A stretch of DNA of 63,374 nt, filler included, from Trichomonas gallinae (Eukaryota), in assembly GCA_008369845.1 (NCBI GenBank). It is 7 parts of 7 records of this genome, joined end to end, with 100 filler letters (N's around TTAATTAATTAA, not from the genome) between each part and the next. Parts side by side here need not be neighbours in the genome. Positions count along the whole stretch, not along the records: positions 14,189 to 31,408 come from MRSU01000845.1; positions 31,509 to 51,895 come from MRSU01000846.1; 5 more parts are not named here. One strand, given 5' to 3'. Below, in pieces: positions 23,601 through 33,150 of this stretch. The notes under the pieces were generated by a model that saw only the letters and a program-made list of their open reading frames with translations, was not told the DNA's origin and ran no database searches. Each line of letters begins with the position of its first letter. Positions within the stretch are counted from its first letter, which is position 1. A program made the position numbers and the translations under genes.

Positions 23601-23877
23601 CCTTAGTTTTTGGTTCGCTTAATGTTATGTTATCGAATTCAGTCTTAATCGAGTTAAGTTCTTCTTGTAGATGTGGATCTTTTTCTATTTTCACCGGTTT
23701 TTTAGGTCTTTGGTTTTTAATGAATAAATGATGATGTTGGAAGATGTCCTGAGGCACTAAAGCCTTCGAAAATATGTTGAGCATGGGGAAGAACTGCGAA
23801 ACTTCCTTGCTTTTCTGCTTCAGGACACTGTTTCCCTTCCGATTATAGATATTTCCTAATTGGGAACCTTTCTTCAT
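14659..23877 (-). CDS. Giant (3072 aa) low-complexity repeat protein of unknown function
   Basis: Uninterrupted 9.2-kb ORF; basic Lys/Pro N- and C-termini; acidic D/E/N/S/I core with internal repeats; no TM or signal peptide seen. Confidence 0.9.
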   Translation of the reverse strand: MKKGSQLGNIYNRKGNSVLKQKSKEVSQFFPMLNIFSKALVPQDIFQHHHLFIKNQRPKKPVKIEKDPHLQEELNSIKTEFDNITLSEPKTKALDSQVFAKLLPLSKNYTQSEFFNRKIEQKGDESVLKDKLRERGFILENSLEKSMTDPFFQLHSSSPKHSPHPTPLNSPTKNSPPKETKTVKKPPPNLPRPRLMSHDEVKKSKTTKAPKKLRLIPKSPISPETKSEPQINIPEASEITSFFDDSSSILSPKSKEVKFDLSNIQLSPPAKKNKKSPPKKKKKLRKKKSSPEKSKSREIDSNSTLSDSNSKLQTENKIVDDDINEINNLEFSNDLNMSVNDVLPSENQNYSQFNIIQSNFQENSQLIAENTEEFVAYSTIETPKEYITDNFSKINNIVADEEFQPQFNIKHSRNFEYVPDKSFTDLNLNKFQSPFIINEKSLIESTNVINNNKISMFDISFFNESDILIPNFNLQEQEHVFHELAPLKKKEIVKETDDDEKEMVTPDNFQELAPTSLFAMQEEKDLNNDGYDNSHIHGDIKKTDISPIFETTGMVLKLLPESDFAAISSSAEIIDKMCENNTFSANYSDFNIDFANDPMFSTDRLNISHETQNIKSSIIDQNIQQLKNDESIFDSINLIYQNEISNMADNFADSSLKTINQYLESAQENKQNKSIINSQIQNDFNLKEEGIFATKLNDFNESNLRDFGEFTSVYDAKSQNGITKKDQFNNPEFVSVIINEEISSKDMFHDDEFAIIQSDPIKFDGDNGLVCNEIDSQFTVPISYEFTKSFTETVSIDDKQKEIDESSELIERNCDVSQRYNYNIMGFNEKSVFNELKSSFNDASQINVSESLLSHSNEDLMCETTIMNAANSDNYFSNLSHQNEIVSVSQDHDDFNIVDNETKSFAADNIDIVAQSDLFNEKFSILEKESNILVSNENNFSNNSIESDSNNLHCLDDVQSRLLVDKENLDSLQAVTNMNTKEIIQIENPINNLNDASNSAVRPFIDCESIHMVISSQLMDTKSLQESTDFMSNNYSSLSQNVHDIQTDSINRITSKSLLIDSSIVAEDITSRSQNLSGLKSSELNQFELDELKDIYSENVARNNLMIIGETENSVNKLISPDSLVHIRDNSVNLFINGGIKSVSTLGNSDSSVLNFIVVQTSETESMKSLVDPVSQNMAMQLIISDENLKFNEDNQFNSQDKLATNDLSRENDDTITRNGSSMKVNESSVAVPFMATGTYDDVDELNDLYSENAVKDQNIYFDGKELINDQEINHLSNNKSKKEKFFIAATDSQEKMVGSTLNDSLYKIDPDDLADDSKFEVKHNEIVKECYDDHSRVIAAKLLSRDINILDNENLDDIIVAQETTEGISSMKDPVSEQKALDIIGTAEKIENPFIAADGSGQIIALSDPISEQIASRIEQETLNMDENKVSNDNGMETLNENVNKEVENYAAFIDPDTQNQMKEINNYNTSPHELFISDDESENITALSDPISVKIASRIKQNPELFNLNESSVSKDDSNEIFDKNKEIKEKSAINRDNEAFIDPETQNQMNEITNSSTNSSFTDADTNNNIIALSDPISEQIASRIKQQSLSIDGKEVPKDTSTIDIDDNEATSRAFIDPEYQNEMNEISNINSDMFGSFISEELVDYCTQFIASDSDCVIHELPPIVSRSILGLLNVDDVDNEIIVDPETFNEIHSMQDQSSMKAANEILLQLNPLTSGIDENFEDKTASQEFSQIYDAKSDEVFDNISIDELLSSGVMTSNENIEDLEKSFETINTSSDENTKEIKDSDLFIFKLDDFSNDSRRHIVPFIASDTHNLMTKSEEIDHHSSQDVKCMIDPISRQHLETIIKDSSEINEKGTTNISEMSQELSHDIIHDELNAAAYPLITSESQREVFVLDDPFTLMLVENAIRNSSIQNPQQNDLISSNLTSNENLLDISQIVFSLDEEVEEAEFKIGTEKQSFTNIFGCAIDPDTHHGINELSNPIKQDLLADNEEILNPDTFLVHRIDNITDPYKGIVINQENIVGTNRNRSVARPHINENISKQENQFDDVSTDITDPYKGIVVKQEDILGTSRSRSIAKPHLKSNQFDNESSYDNNTAIKANHDVYEFADLSSGFTCPTITEFVDSSIRNIGINTDYEIHELSYKRSVVSANSRGIDFDYEDETEQRNIEYIPESMRYEPDDDAFIITTSFDSMDVCNDITCLPDAQSILIVEGFAADKFDLVDTEQIQLIDQFEHISQEQMELDSSINYSNPNMTSLMRPLQNDERLLYSSVYSFESISEDEFTEIDMIDEDKTERVQKHQYFIDPSTNSMNMTELDAHSRLTNNDVSCVSTDNCKFVAQIPEFSSVIQNINFSGISIRDVTSLNAEHNDINDKLINAIYHDSDYITDDEDEVSNVEFNVEEKSAEINEQENNVLDNCSIIEKNNNEQKILLSDNNFTISQEMLSYESIKEEMSGMNYDEFSSEVDLNIQKTSVVQDFSLLNADESINNSNNDEVNITYLMPEVVDNAKIGSYINNVDDNEVKNKFTIGHINNNEFRDESHLLFRNNAEIINQRKSNYNKDESSIEVSTNTDSSSTELFGKSNDMILDQTAYCDGFIAQNNSSYFDPFINSLTSAESNLVDKILCKPITAEEPEMHELTRFGSVRRAKTHEIDADFDEYNLDDKFEKYQMDEEMIDKLALFNTANSNFIDSTHRFHSFNSNNITELYANKSSPESMNITTKFDIKAENDNDAFVIKETSIYIAEPINEDETLQFVQNPVILSPDNNNIIIDDDSITKDKEISQEEIKVQIQDEGIKEDPSFESEHFLDQSQYHDINTEIIVDDQIIVEKSPEFVEDPKMLEFSPTVDTEQIVANVYSPLAENANDLIITDTAISVEGSSFEDDKSKISSPGDFSSVNELQENLIPNATEQAIEEYNEIKNEAKNKHRRRKKKEEETPIQEAPTIEVHHKKKRTVKAPELQETPVKIQAPELAVQKEKIAPTLMMTPINSSKKEAPSLSTPFSSTKKPAPTLSTPPNTHKFEAPALEIKRVKMVRPAPNLALTPISTPIPAPSLEISSREKHKKRV

Positions 23878-23983
23878 CCTGAATAAAAAAAAAAACGGAC
23901 ACGCAAAATTTTATATCTAAACATCAAATAACTTCTATATTACTCAATTTATATATATTTCATCAAGAATTTTTTGGAAAATC

Positions 23984-24335
23984 TTTGAGATTTGAAATTG
24001 AAAAATAATTTTCTTATTATTCAGCTAAATGCTTTTATATATAAACATATTTTAGCTATTTATATATAAATTTGATATCGTTTACATTAGATTTTGAGAT
24101 TTCAATTTGAAAAATTTATTTCCTGATTATCTAACCAAATGTTTTTAAATATAAATGTTTTTTAGCAATTTATAAATATATTTGATGTTGTTTAGGGAAA
24201 ATTTTGATATTACGAATCCAATAGAAATTTCCTTATAATAGATAACATTGAGCTTTTGAATATAAATATACTTTGGTGATTTATATCTATATATATGATA
24301 TATTTGGATAATTTTTAAAATTTCATATCTCAAAA
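23984..24335. repeat. Degenerate ~110-bp tandem repeat with a partial inverted copy
   Basis: Units start TTTGAGATTT at 23984 and 24093, with a weaker third at ~24203; reverse-complement-like copy (ATATCTCAAAA) near 24325. Confidence 0.55.
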
Positions 24336-24725
24336 CTAATTTTTGTTATATAGGGGTTACAGCTTCAAAATATGACTCGAAACCAGTTATATTGGAACAT
24401 TATATAGGATAAGCATGCTGTTTTGCGTATTATAAAATAATTCCAATTCATTATAAATATAAAGAATAACACAGTATTAGTAAGATAAGTTATAATATAT
24501 TACATGTGTATAGTAAGTAGCAATGAATAAAAACGTGTTGTATCGCTTAGTGGAATGAAATTGAAATTTATTTTTCATAAGAGCATGCTTATATAGTAAA
24601 TGTATTCATATCAATGAATATATATTGATACTAAATGCAATAAAAGATAAGGTAAGTCTATAAACGATGATTTAATAACAAATAAAAACTCGACAATAAA
24701 AAACAAATAAAAACACATATAAACG

Positions 24726-25781
24726 TTATTTCACGTAGCTAATAATCTTATTGAGTATATCTTTGCATCTCTGATTAGTTTCTTCCGTAGATTTGAATTT
24801 TGCCTGGCACATTTTTTCAACTTCGCGTAAAATAATTTCTTGTTTTGGCTCTGGTATCTCCCAGCTCTCGATGAATGATAGTAGTTGTAGTTGTGCGGCG
24901 CATGCTAATGTTTGGAAAAGAATGTTCTTTCTTTGCTCGTGACTGATTGTGCTGTCCGCCTCCAGTTCAGGAACTTCTTCGTTACCCAGGACAACGGACT
25001 GCGCGTGTACCATAATCTTTTTCAATAATTTATCGACTGTGTAGACTTGTTCTGTCATATCGCTTGAATCTGCTTCCTCCCTTAGCATAACCAAGTGGTG
25101 GAGAGGGACGTAGCAGGGCCCAATCTCGTTCAAGAAAAATGCCACGAGCGCATGAGGCAAACCATCAATAACTTTTAGCGCTATCACCCTGCAAATAATC
25201 GTAGGGCCGCCTCTGTTCTTTATTACGGCAGCCAAATCGCCTGGAGTGATTTCATTTGGATCGCGGACTGCGTGAGGGAATTTAAAATCAACGGAAGGCA
25301 CTACAGGTATGTTTATCTTGATTTGTGATTTTCCTTCTGCTTCCTGATTTAATCCATTAGAAACTGAACGAGATCTCGTTGGAATTGCTGGTTTTGGATG
25401 CTGCTGCTCTTGATCCGACTCCAGCCTGCTGAATTTGGCTCTGAATTTAAGCGGTAGGGCCTCCATTGGATTCGCAAAAGGCAAAGCTAGATTCATCATC
25501 GAATGAGCGGATGACATTGTTTGCGGATGCATGTTTTTCTTCGCTCTTGCGGCTGTAATGATCGCAACATACTGTTGGTTGGCCATTTCCGATATGTCCA
25601 TAGACGTCGCATGAGGATCTTGCAGAGATTTTTTAAATCTTCGAATAAATGCGCGAGTTTCCGCTAAAGGGCGGCGAGTACAGTTCGTTAGCAGCATGTC
25701 ATCGCTTTGCTGACCAATGATAACGACAGAACGGATGCTTTCGACTTCTTCTGGAGTGAAAGCTTGAAATATAGATGACAT
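24726..25781 (-). CDS. ALY/LIN9-like nuclear protein (degenerate Myb/SANT + Tudor-like + helical C-terminus)
   Basis: Likely ATG 25781 (MSSIFQAFTPEEVE). Patterns L..P..T...I..M...Y, V.F...EIG...V and CAAQL...P....IL..V recall plant ALWAYS EARLY/LIN9. Confidence 0.5.
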   Translation of the reverse strand: MSSIFQAFTPEEVESIRSVVIIGQQSDDMLLTNCTRRPLAETRAFIRRFKKSLQDPHATSMDISEMANQQYVAIITAARAKKNMHPQTMSSAHSMMNLALPFANPMEALPLKFRAKFSRLESDQEQQHPKPAIPTRSRSVSNGLNQEAEGKSQIKINIPVVPSVDFKFPHAVRDPNEITPGDLAAVIKNRGGPTIICRVIALKVIDGLPHALVAFFLNEIGPCYVPLHHLVMLREEADSSDMTEQVYTVDKLLKKIMVHAQSVVLGNEEVPELEADSTISHEQRKNILFQTLACAAQLQLLSFIESWEIPEPKQEIILREVEKMCQAKFKSTEETNQRCKDILNKIISYVK

Positions 25782-26199
25782 TCGAATTTCTTTTTGTAAA
25801 CTTCTGAAATAATTGAGAAGAAAGATTTTAACTCTTTTTTCTCCTTTTTTCACACGATTTCGCATACTTTTAACCATATTTTTATATTTATTTTCACTAG
25901 AAATTACTCTCTATATGTTTAATTTTATAATTTCATAAATATTTATTTTAATTTCTAAAATCATTTTGCTAAATACTTATATTTAAGCTTCCATTCTTTA
26001 TATATATTTCATATTATAGCGAGGTATGACATATGACAATGCGTAATATGAGTTATCCATTTGAAAAATTTTAGATATAAAATTGATTTTCGAATATGAT
26101 AGCATATGTAAATAAATATGTTCATAATATATCATGTAATCGATCATATAACAAGAGCAGCCAGCATTAGCAAGTATTTAACTATATTATATTGAAATT

Positions 26200-26590
26200 C
26201 TTTGATATCGGCCTTTTTTTCTTGGAATTCTGGTTCTTCTTTCCTTCCTCTTTTTGTTTTTCTTCATATTTCTCTTTTTCTTCGTGAACATCTGATTTAA
26301 TCTTTTCTTCATCTAAATGTTCTTCTTTCTCCTATTTCTCCTCTTCTTCATGAAAATATTCTATATTATCATCTTCGTTGAGTATCCTTATTCTGTGTAA
26401 AATCACTTGATAAGAATTTGAAACTTTCTGAAAAGCTTCTGTCGTGAATATCCTTGTATTTGTCTGGATGAATATAAGTAGCAACTCTTCTGTAGTTTCT
26501 CTTCAGTGTTTGCACGTCACAGTCTCGTTTGACTTCTAACATTTCATAGCAGTTACTGCTGTTAAGAATGCGTCTAACATTCTCATCCAT
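26200..26590 (-). pseudogene. DnaJ-domain pseudogene
   Basis: MDENVRRILNSSNCYEMLEV...YRRVATYIHPDK, then a frameshift; helix III (TEAFQKVSNSYQVIL) is in another frame, and the downstream Glu/Lys-rich tract contains a TAG. End coordinate approximate. Confidence 0.8.
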
Positions 26591-27033
26591 GATAAGTTTA
26601 GCAGGAAAATTAAAACATTTTACTATTTGATAAACATAACATACGGGAGAAAATGCATAAGTTTTACATTGAAACTGCCATTGAAACACTAAAATTCGAA
26701 GATCAAATTATCAAATCTGTTGAACCAAAATAAAAATCAGCATATCTGTTTACAAAAAACAATATAATAGATAATATATACTAATTAAGAATAACATATA
26801 CCTTGTTACCTATAAAAAAATTTCAATCTGAAATTTAACATATTGCTGTTATGTTTTTAATGCTAGATTTATTAGTGAAAAGTCAATTAATTATAATTAT
26901 AATTAGGTTTTAATTCAGATTATGATAAGTATAATGTAAGAAATTCTATTTAATTTAATTTTAAAAAATCAATGCATAGCTCGTAAATTTTTCACTATAG
27001 AACAAATATTTATTATCTATATAACAATTTAAA

Positions 27034-28533
27034 TCAGACACTGGAGTGATTAACGATGTTTTCAATATCATTGGAAAATTCGTTGAATCGCGATGAATCT
27101 CCCTGCACCTTCACGGTGAGGTTGAAGAGCTGATCGTTCTGATAATGTGCCTGAATAACATAATAAGCGAGTGGATCTACATTTTCTCTATGAGCATACA
27201 ACGTTAAATCATTTGGATAGAACCAATCGAAGCCTTTCTCGAGGAGCCTGCTTTGTATCTGCCCAAAAACGATTTCGAGCTGAATCGAAATATCATTAAT
27301 TGTATTATAAGAGCCTTCAGGCATAACAAACTCCTGTTCGACGTAGTCTGTCTTGTCGATAAGTGAGTACACGACCATGCTGTTTGACTCGCTGAATGAT
27401 TTTCGTCTGTTAAATGGATCTCTTTGTGTAATATTGAAATTTGCTCCGATTGGTGTCGGATTTTGGATAAGGAAAGTTGAGTCGTCGACTGATTCTGGCT
27501 TTTCCTCCTCCATGACAGACCAAGGAAGCTTGTCGAGTGAGATTTTCTGTGTTAAGATGTGACAAAAATATTTTGCTTGATTGAACTCTTTTTGCTGCAA
27601 TAATGTAGGTATTTGGTCCTCGGGGATGCCGATATCCTTGAGAGCAAGCATAACTGCCGGGTCAACTTGCGCTGGATCGATTGGATCAATGCGTGTGTAC
27701 TTTGGTAATGGTGTTGGAATGGTGTAACGCTTTGGCAAATCGATTCTAAATGCTTTGTGATGCTTGATTTGCTCGATCGTGATTCTTTTTTGAGGATCAA
27801 CTTGCAACATTCTTGAAATCAAGTCTTTGATGTCGGGCGGGAAGTCCGGCATTCTGTATTGTCCCGCCTTAACCTTTGCAACAAGGTTTCTAAACGAAGG
27901 ATCGTCGAAAGGAAGGCGACCAGATAATAAAGCGTACAAAACAACGCCGCAGCTCCAAATATCTGAAAGCCTGCCATCATACGGTATTCCTTTGACGATT
28001 TCTGGAGAAGCATAGTGAGGAGATCCGCAAGATGTTTCTGCAGTATTCGCAGTCATCCATCAAGCGAATCCGAAATCCGCGATTTTGATGTTATCATTGT
28101 CATCCAATAGGATATTTTCGGGTTTCAAGTCTCTATGGCAAATATTATTCGAGTGTAGATAATCAAGACCATAGATAATCTGTCTGAAAAACCTCATGGC
28201 TGTCTCCACCGTCAGGGCTCTTCTCGACATCAGATAATCGAACAGTTCGCCGTGAGCAGCGTATTCCAGAATAATGAAAATATGTCTTGGACTCTCACAG
28301 ATTTCTTTCAGTTTGAGTAAATGAGGGTGGTCCAGCAGTCTCATCAACGCTGTTTCTCGCTGGATCTTTTGCTGCAAGTCCGGACGATTTTCGAAACTTG
28401 ATTTTTTAAATATTTTAATTGCAGCCAAAGTATGCTTGGTTTTGTGCTCACCGAGCTTCACTTTGCCAGTGGCACCTACTCCTATCGTCTGAAGGATAAC
28501 GTAATCACCGATTTCTTGTACTTTGGGTTGCAT
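27034..28533 (-). pseudogene. CAMK-group kinase (BRSK/SAD/Gin4-like) with one in-frame TGA at codon 158
   Basis: ORFs 28060-28533 and 27034-28056 are in frame: ...HRDLKPEN...DFGFA-TGA-W-MTANTAETSCGSPHYASPE. No other lesion seen. Confidence 0.9.
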
Positions 28534-29386
28534 TTAGAAATAAATTTTAGAAAATCTTAGATTTTGAGAAAAGAACAGGCCTATAAATTCAGAGAAAATT
28601 TTTTCATTTATAAAAAATGAAATTGCGTTATTTCTATTATTCACTCTTTACAGAGCAATATTTGTAATTTTTGTTGTCACGTTTATAAACGGATAGAGAC
28701 ATGTGATGTGAAAATAATCTTCGTAAAGCAATCAAAAATTACGGGCGTGATAACTTTTAATATTTCGAATTTAAAAATATTTTATTTCATAAATCTAAAT
28801 ATTGATAAAACGAAATTGAAGTGAAAATGATCGATTAAAAATTCATTACTTTACTTGGCAAATTTGGCATGTAAACTTGACGCTGTTTGATTGAAAATTT
28901 CAGTATTCTAAAAATTTCTATTTAATAAACAAAAACTTTTATTAAGCAAAATTGAGGTGAAAATAATCGATCAAGGAATTTTTTCTTTACATTTTCTATC
29001 CATTCAAAAGTGATTCATGGTTTAACCCATTGAGTCCTTTGCAACCATATCGTTATTGCAGGACATATGGTTATGGTTTAGATGCGGTTCGCTAATATTA
29101 AACATATATTTGACTCGGATGATTAAAATTTTTTTGAAAAATATCTAATTGAGCAGCCAGTTCCTATTGAATTTTATAAATTATATGATTGTGTAGCTAA
29201 TATTGTAATGCTAAACCTTCTTTACAATAAGCTAAAATATCACATCAAAAAATATATGAAAAAGATAAGAATATAGCCAAGACTATATCTATTTTACCCA
29301 TATATCCATGGAAATAAGTCGAATTTTATATAGAATGCATAAAAATGAAAAATTTAGAAGAATAACTATTACAAACAAAATATATA

Positions 29387-30544
29387 TTATATTAGAGAAG
29401 ATGGAATACATCTTATCTTGGGCTTAGTGAGTTTCTTTTTGACTCTAGAATGATACTTCCTCATTTCAATTATTTCTGATGAATTCTTAGCTGGATCAAT
29501 ATAGTTTATATTCTTGAACCCATTCTGGGTCATTGACAAGCATGACTTAACTGTGATATTATCAGCGCTCGCTCTTTTACAAATTTGCTTTTCAATGTGA
29601 TTAAAATCTATAATTCGGCCAGAATCTGTTTTTTGCACACGTGGTACATTGAGTGTGGATGTCTCTAATTCGAAAAAGTCATCAACTTTGCGTAAAGATA
29701 TAATTGGAAGTTCCTGTTTCGGTGGAGCTTCCGGGATATCATCGAACCATTGATATTTCAGTAAATCAGCTGCCGTAGGCCTTTGATCAGGGTCTTTCTG
29801 CAGTATCATTATTAACAAATATTGGCAAGGTTTGGAAATATCTTGTGGCATCTTGTAATCACATGCCTTTATCTGTTGAAATAGCTCATATTGATTTCTT
29901 TTTGTCCAGGGAAGCTGACCTGTCAACATTGCGTATAAAATCACGCCTATTGACCAGATATCTGACTTTTTTGGATCATAATCAAGCCCACTGATGATTT
30001 CAGGAGCAGCATAAGCATAAGATCCGCATGAAGTGCTTGTCAAACCATCAGCGAATTTAGAAAGTCCAAAATCTGATAGCTTCACATTCCAATCGGAATC
30101 CAATAATATATTCTCTGGCTTTAGATCTCTGTGGCATATGTTCAACTGATGAATAAATCTAATCGAATCAATTAATTGATAAATTAAAACTTTGGCTTTT
30201 TCTTCTGGAATCTTCTTATTCTGTATAATTAGTTGAAATAAGTCACCATTTGGACAGAACTCAGTTACAATGTAATAATTCATCGTATCTTTTAATAAGT
30301 CGTAAAGTTTCACGATTCTTGGGTGGTGAAGCTGTTGCATAATGCGTATTTCCTTTTCAAATTTGCTCTTGTCAACCATCGCGTCAATTTTATACTTCGT
30401 TATAACTTTGCATGCAAAATAAGCGTTAGAATCAGCGCGATATGCCAATTTTACTGTTCCAAATGCACCCCTACCCACTGTAGTCTGTAAATGATATGGA
30501 CCAATTTTCTCAGGGCAGACGAATCTGTTACATTTCGCTCGCAT
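29387..30544 (-). CDS. CAMK-group Ser/Thr protein kinase
   Basis: [36 protein letters not shown] all intact. Confidence 0.95.
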   Translation of the reverse strand: MRAKCNRFVCPEKIGPYHLQTTVGRGAFGTVKLAYRADSNAYFACKVITKYKIDAMVDKSKFEKEIRIMQQLHHPRIVKLYDLLKDTMNYYIVTEFCPNGDLFQLIIQNKKIPEEKAKVLIYQLIDSIRFIHQLNICHRDLKPENILLDSDWNVKLSDFGLSKFADGLTSTSCGSYAYAAPEIISGLDYDPKKSDIWSIGVILYAMLTGQLPWTKRNQYELFQQIKACDYKMPQDISKPCQYLLIMILQKDPDQRPTAADLLKYQWFDDIPEAPPKQELPIISLRKVDDFFELETSTLNVPRVQKTDSGRIIDFNHIEKQICKRASADNITVKSCLSMTQNGFKNINYIDPAKNSSEIIEMRKYHSRVKKKLTKPKIRCIPSSLI

Positions 30545-31333
30545 ATTTAAATTTATTAAAAAAATTAAATTTCAATCGCATTCAATTTTATATATGATAA
30601 TTTTGTTTATATAAGTATTTTGGAGCTATTTATGAAAAAATTATAATTATTCAATTTTTCATGTTTGAATTGAAAATATTGTGGGTCATTGAAAAGAACT
30701 TTCGATAATTGGCATCGGTTAATAGTTCTGTTATATATTAATAGCCAAATAAATTGAATATGCCACTCAAATGAAAAAAGACATTGAATTTTTTTCGTTC
30801 GATATTTTTCATATATACGGACTGCCTGGAGTTTATTCAGGCGAATCTCTTTGGATATGGAAAAAAATCTAATTACGGGAGCGCTGCAATATTTTTAATA
30901 AAATTTTACAATGAGCCTCTTTATATGCAAATGGAAAACATGTTTTGAATACATGGCTTCATCTAGAAAAGGAAAATTATTTGACATAATATTGGATGAT
31001 GATACGATCTGGATGAGGTACGCAGTCATTTTTCGTTCTATAAGGATAATGTGTATGCAATGGAAGCATTCCGAAGAAGAATGTGGCAACAAAATTTAAC
31101 TTTCAGGCGCAATTGCAATATTTTAGCCCGCATATCATTTGATATATTGTGTTATTAAAATAAGCTTCATTCTGTAACTATCTGATTCGTAGTTTTAATT
31201 TGAATAATAGAAAAATGCGATGAAATCAAACTCAATTCTCATTTCAATAGTATGTTTCGTTTTTGTACCTATTTCCTAATATTAATTATTACTTAGAATG
31301 ATGAATTTTTCGGGTTTTCTAAAAGAAAAAAAA

Positions 31334-31408
31334 TACCCAGTTTTGCCACAGTTTGCACTAGGTCCTATTATAGGGGGTGAATCTAACAAATCATATAAAT
31401 ATGACAAA
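31334..31408. mobile_element. Possible repeat/transposon end before the gap
   Basis: GC-richer stretch starting TA-CCCAG 75 bp from the contig edge; contains the palindrome CCTATTATAGG. Confidence 0.3.
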
Positions 31409-31508
31409 NNNNNNNNNNNNNNNNNNNNNNNNNNNNNNNNNNNNNNNNNNNNTTAATTAATTAANNNNNNNNNNNNNNNNNNNNNNNNNNNNNNNNNNNN
31501 NNNNNNNN
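31409..31508. other. Assembly gap spacer
   Basis: N44-TTAATTAATTAA-N44. Confidence 0.99.
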
Positions 31509-31590
31509 ACTTTATTCCTTTTCTAGACAACTTTGTCCGAATCTAGACAACTTTTGGCGCGGACCGACAGGTTTGTCCGACCACTCTACT
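31509..31590. mobile_element. Probable Maverick/Polinton-type terminal inverted repeat end
   Basis: Ends ...CCACTCTACT (reverse complement AGTAGAGTGG), consistent with Polinton 5'-AG...CT-3' termini; subterminal direct repeats TCTAGACAACTT x2; abuts the gap. Confidence 0.55.
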
Positions 31591-31899
31591 AACCTTATAT
31601 TACTCGTGCCAGTCGTCTATTTCAATACAAAATATAAATAAACTATATATGGGTAAATTTGATAATGTCAGCTTATAACCTCAAATTTGCGTTCAATAAT
31701 CCATTGAAAAATTCAATTTATTTAAAATCATCACTTTTTAAATATTAGGAAATACATGTTTTTACAAAGAAATTATTATGACATGATACATTAAATCGAA
31801 TTCTTGATTCATATTTGTAAAGTTCGTGTTAAAAATATTTGGATTCATTAGAAACTGATTTTGATTCAGATTCATTTGAGATTGCGAAGATACTTGCAG

Positions 31900-33150
31900 A
31901 TATGAAGATTCACTGAATCAGATGTCACCAGCTCTCCTCAATAGATTTTCTGTGGCAATGTCTCATGGCAAAATTTTCATTGCAGATGAACTCAACTTTG
32001 AAGAACCAAGCGTTCTCAAGTCTCTCCGCATGGCAGTAGAATGTAATGCTGGAGATAAAATTGAGTTACCGAATAACGAAGAAACAATTACAGTTCACAA
32101 GAACTTTTTCTTCATCGGATGTCAAAACGACATTTCAATGGTTGGCCGTAACAAGCTTCCAGCCAACCTCGCATCCAAGATCATTCTTCTTGATTATCCT
32201 CTCCATGATGATAAGTTAAAAGATATTTTGCGAATGATCATCCAAGAAGTTGATTCTAACCAATTCGAACATCTAATTTCAATTGACCGATTCATGAGAT
32301 TAATCAGAACAAAACGACATTCTGAAATTCAAACCATGGTCATTCCGCGAGGTCAGAAAATTATTGCGTCGTGTTAAATATTTCAATGAGCATGCAGAAC
32401 ATGAATGCAATCTCAAGCCATATCATCAGGCTGCGTCATACTTGCAAGTATCCATAATGAAGAAAAGGCTATTCAAGAAATCATTATTGTTATTGTATAT
32501 TCTTTCAACCTCAAAGAAGATGACGAAAAGAATTTGTTAATAGACGTTAAATCTCCTGATAGAATTGAACTTAGCAACACAAGCACTGATATCATTCTTT
32601 ACAAGGGAAGTTTACATATTAAAGCCCCAAAACCAAATTCAAAAGTTTCCCATGATATGCATAACTTTTGAACCAATCTTAATTTGTGGACCATCAGGAT
32701 ACATAGAATTCATCGCTATCAATTCATCACAATATCCAAAGTCTGTAACACTCAACAAAGAATCAACAACATCTTCATTAATATACAGTATTATTCTCTC
32801 AGACAGAAAATCAGTTACTGCTTTTCTTATTGATATTTTATCTCGTCAAATTCAGATCAATAAAGGATGATATATTCGGCGGCAATTTCAGAGAACAAGA
32901 ATTCATAGAATTGACGACAAAACTTTTATCGAGGAAAGGAGAATCAATTCAAAGAGTAATCAATCAAATCAAAGTTCAAGAAGAAATGTTGAATAAAGCA
33001 GTAAGTCAAAAGATTCAACCCGAATTAATTGTTCAAGGTCCACAAAAACAACAAGAATCAACAGTACAGAATACATCAAAGGATGATGTTGATATTGCAT
33101 TCGAATTAAACTATAGAATAACTCAGTTAATGACCCACTTATTGTAATGT
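31900..33150 (+). pseudogene. Fragmented midasin/dynein-related AAA+ ATPase pseudogene
   Basis: Walker B-like IFIADELN, TITVHKNFFFIGCQN...GRNKLP; frameshifted FKPWSFREVRK; next module EPILICGPSG and SVTLNKESTTSSLI. Several frameshifts/stops; ends approximate. Confidence 0.8.

Noticed and set aside
28054..28070. Intron or alternative genetic code as the explanation of the kinase TGA
   Set aside because: No GT...ACTAAC...AG intron and no spare bases at the site; TGA is a true stop in other genes here (ENT, TMEM50, the kinase's own end)
30820..31130. Small ORFs and a GCCTG...CAGGC hairpin upstream of the 29387-30544 kinase
   Set aside because: Weak stem and no protein or RNA family signature
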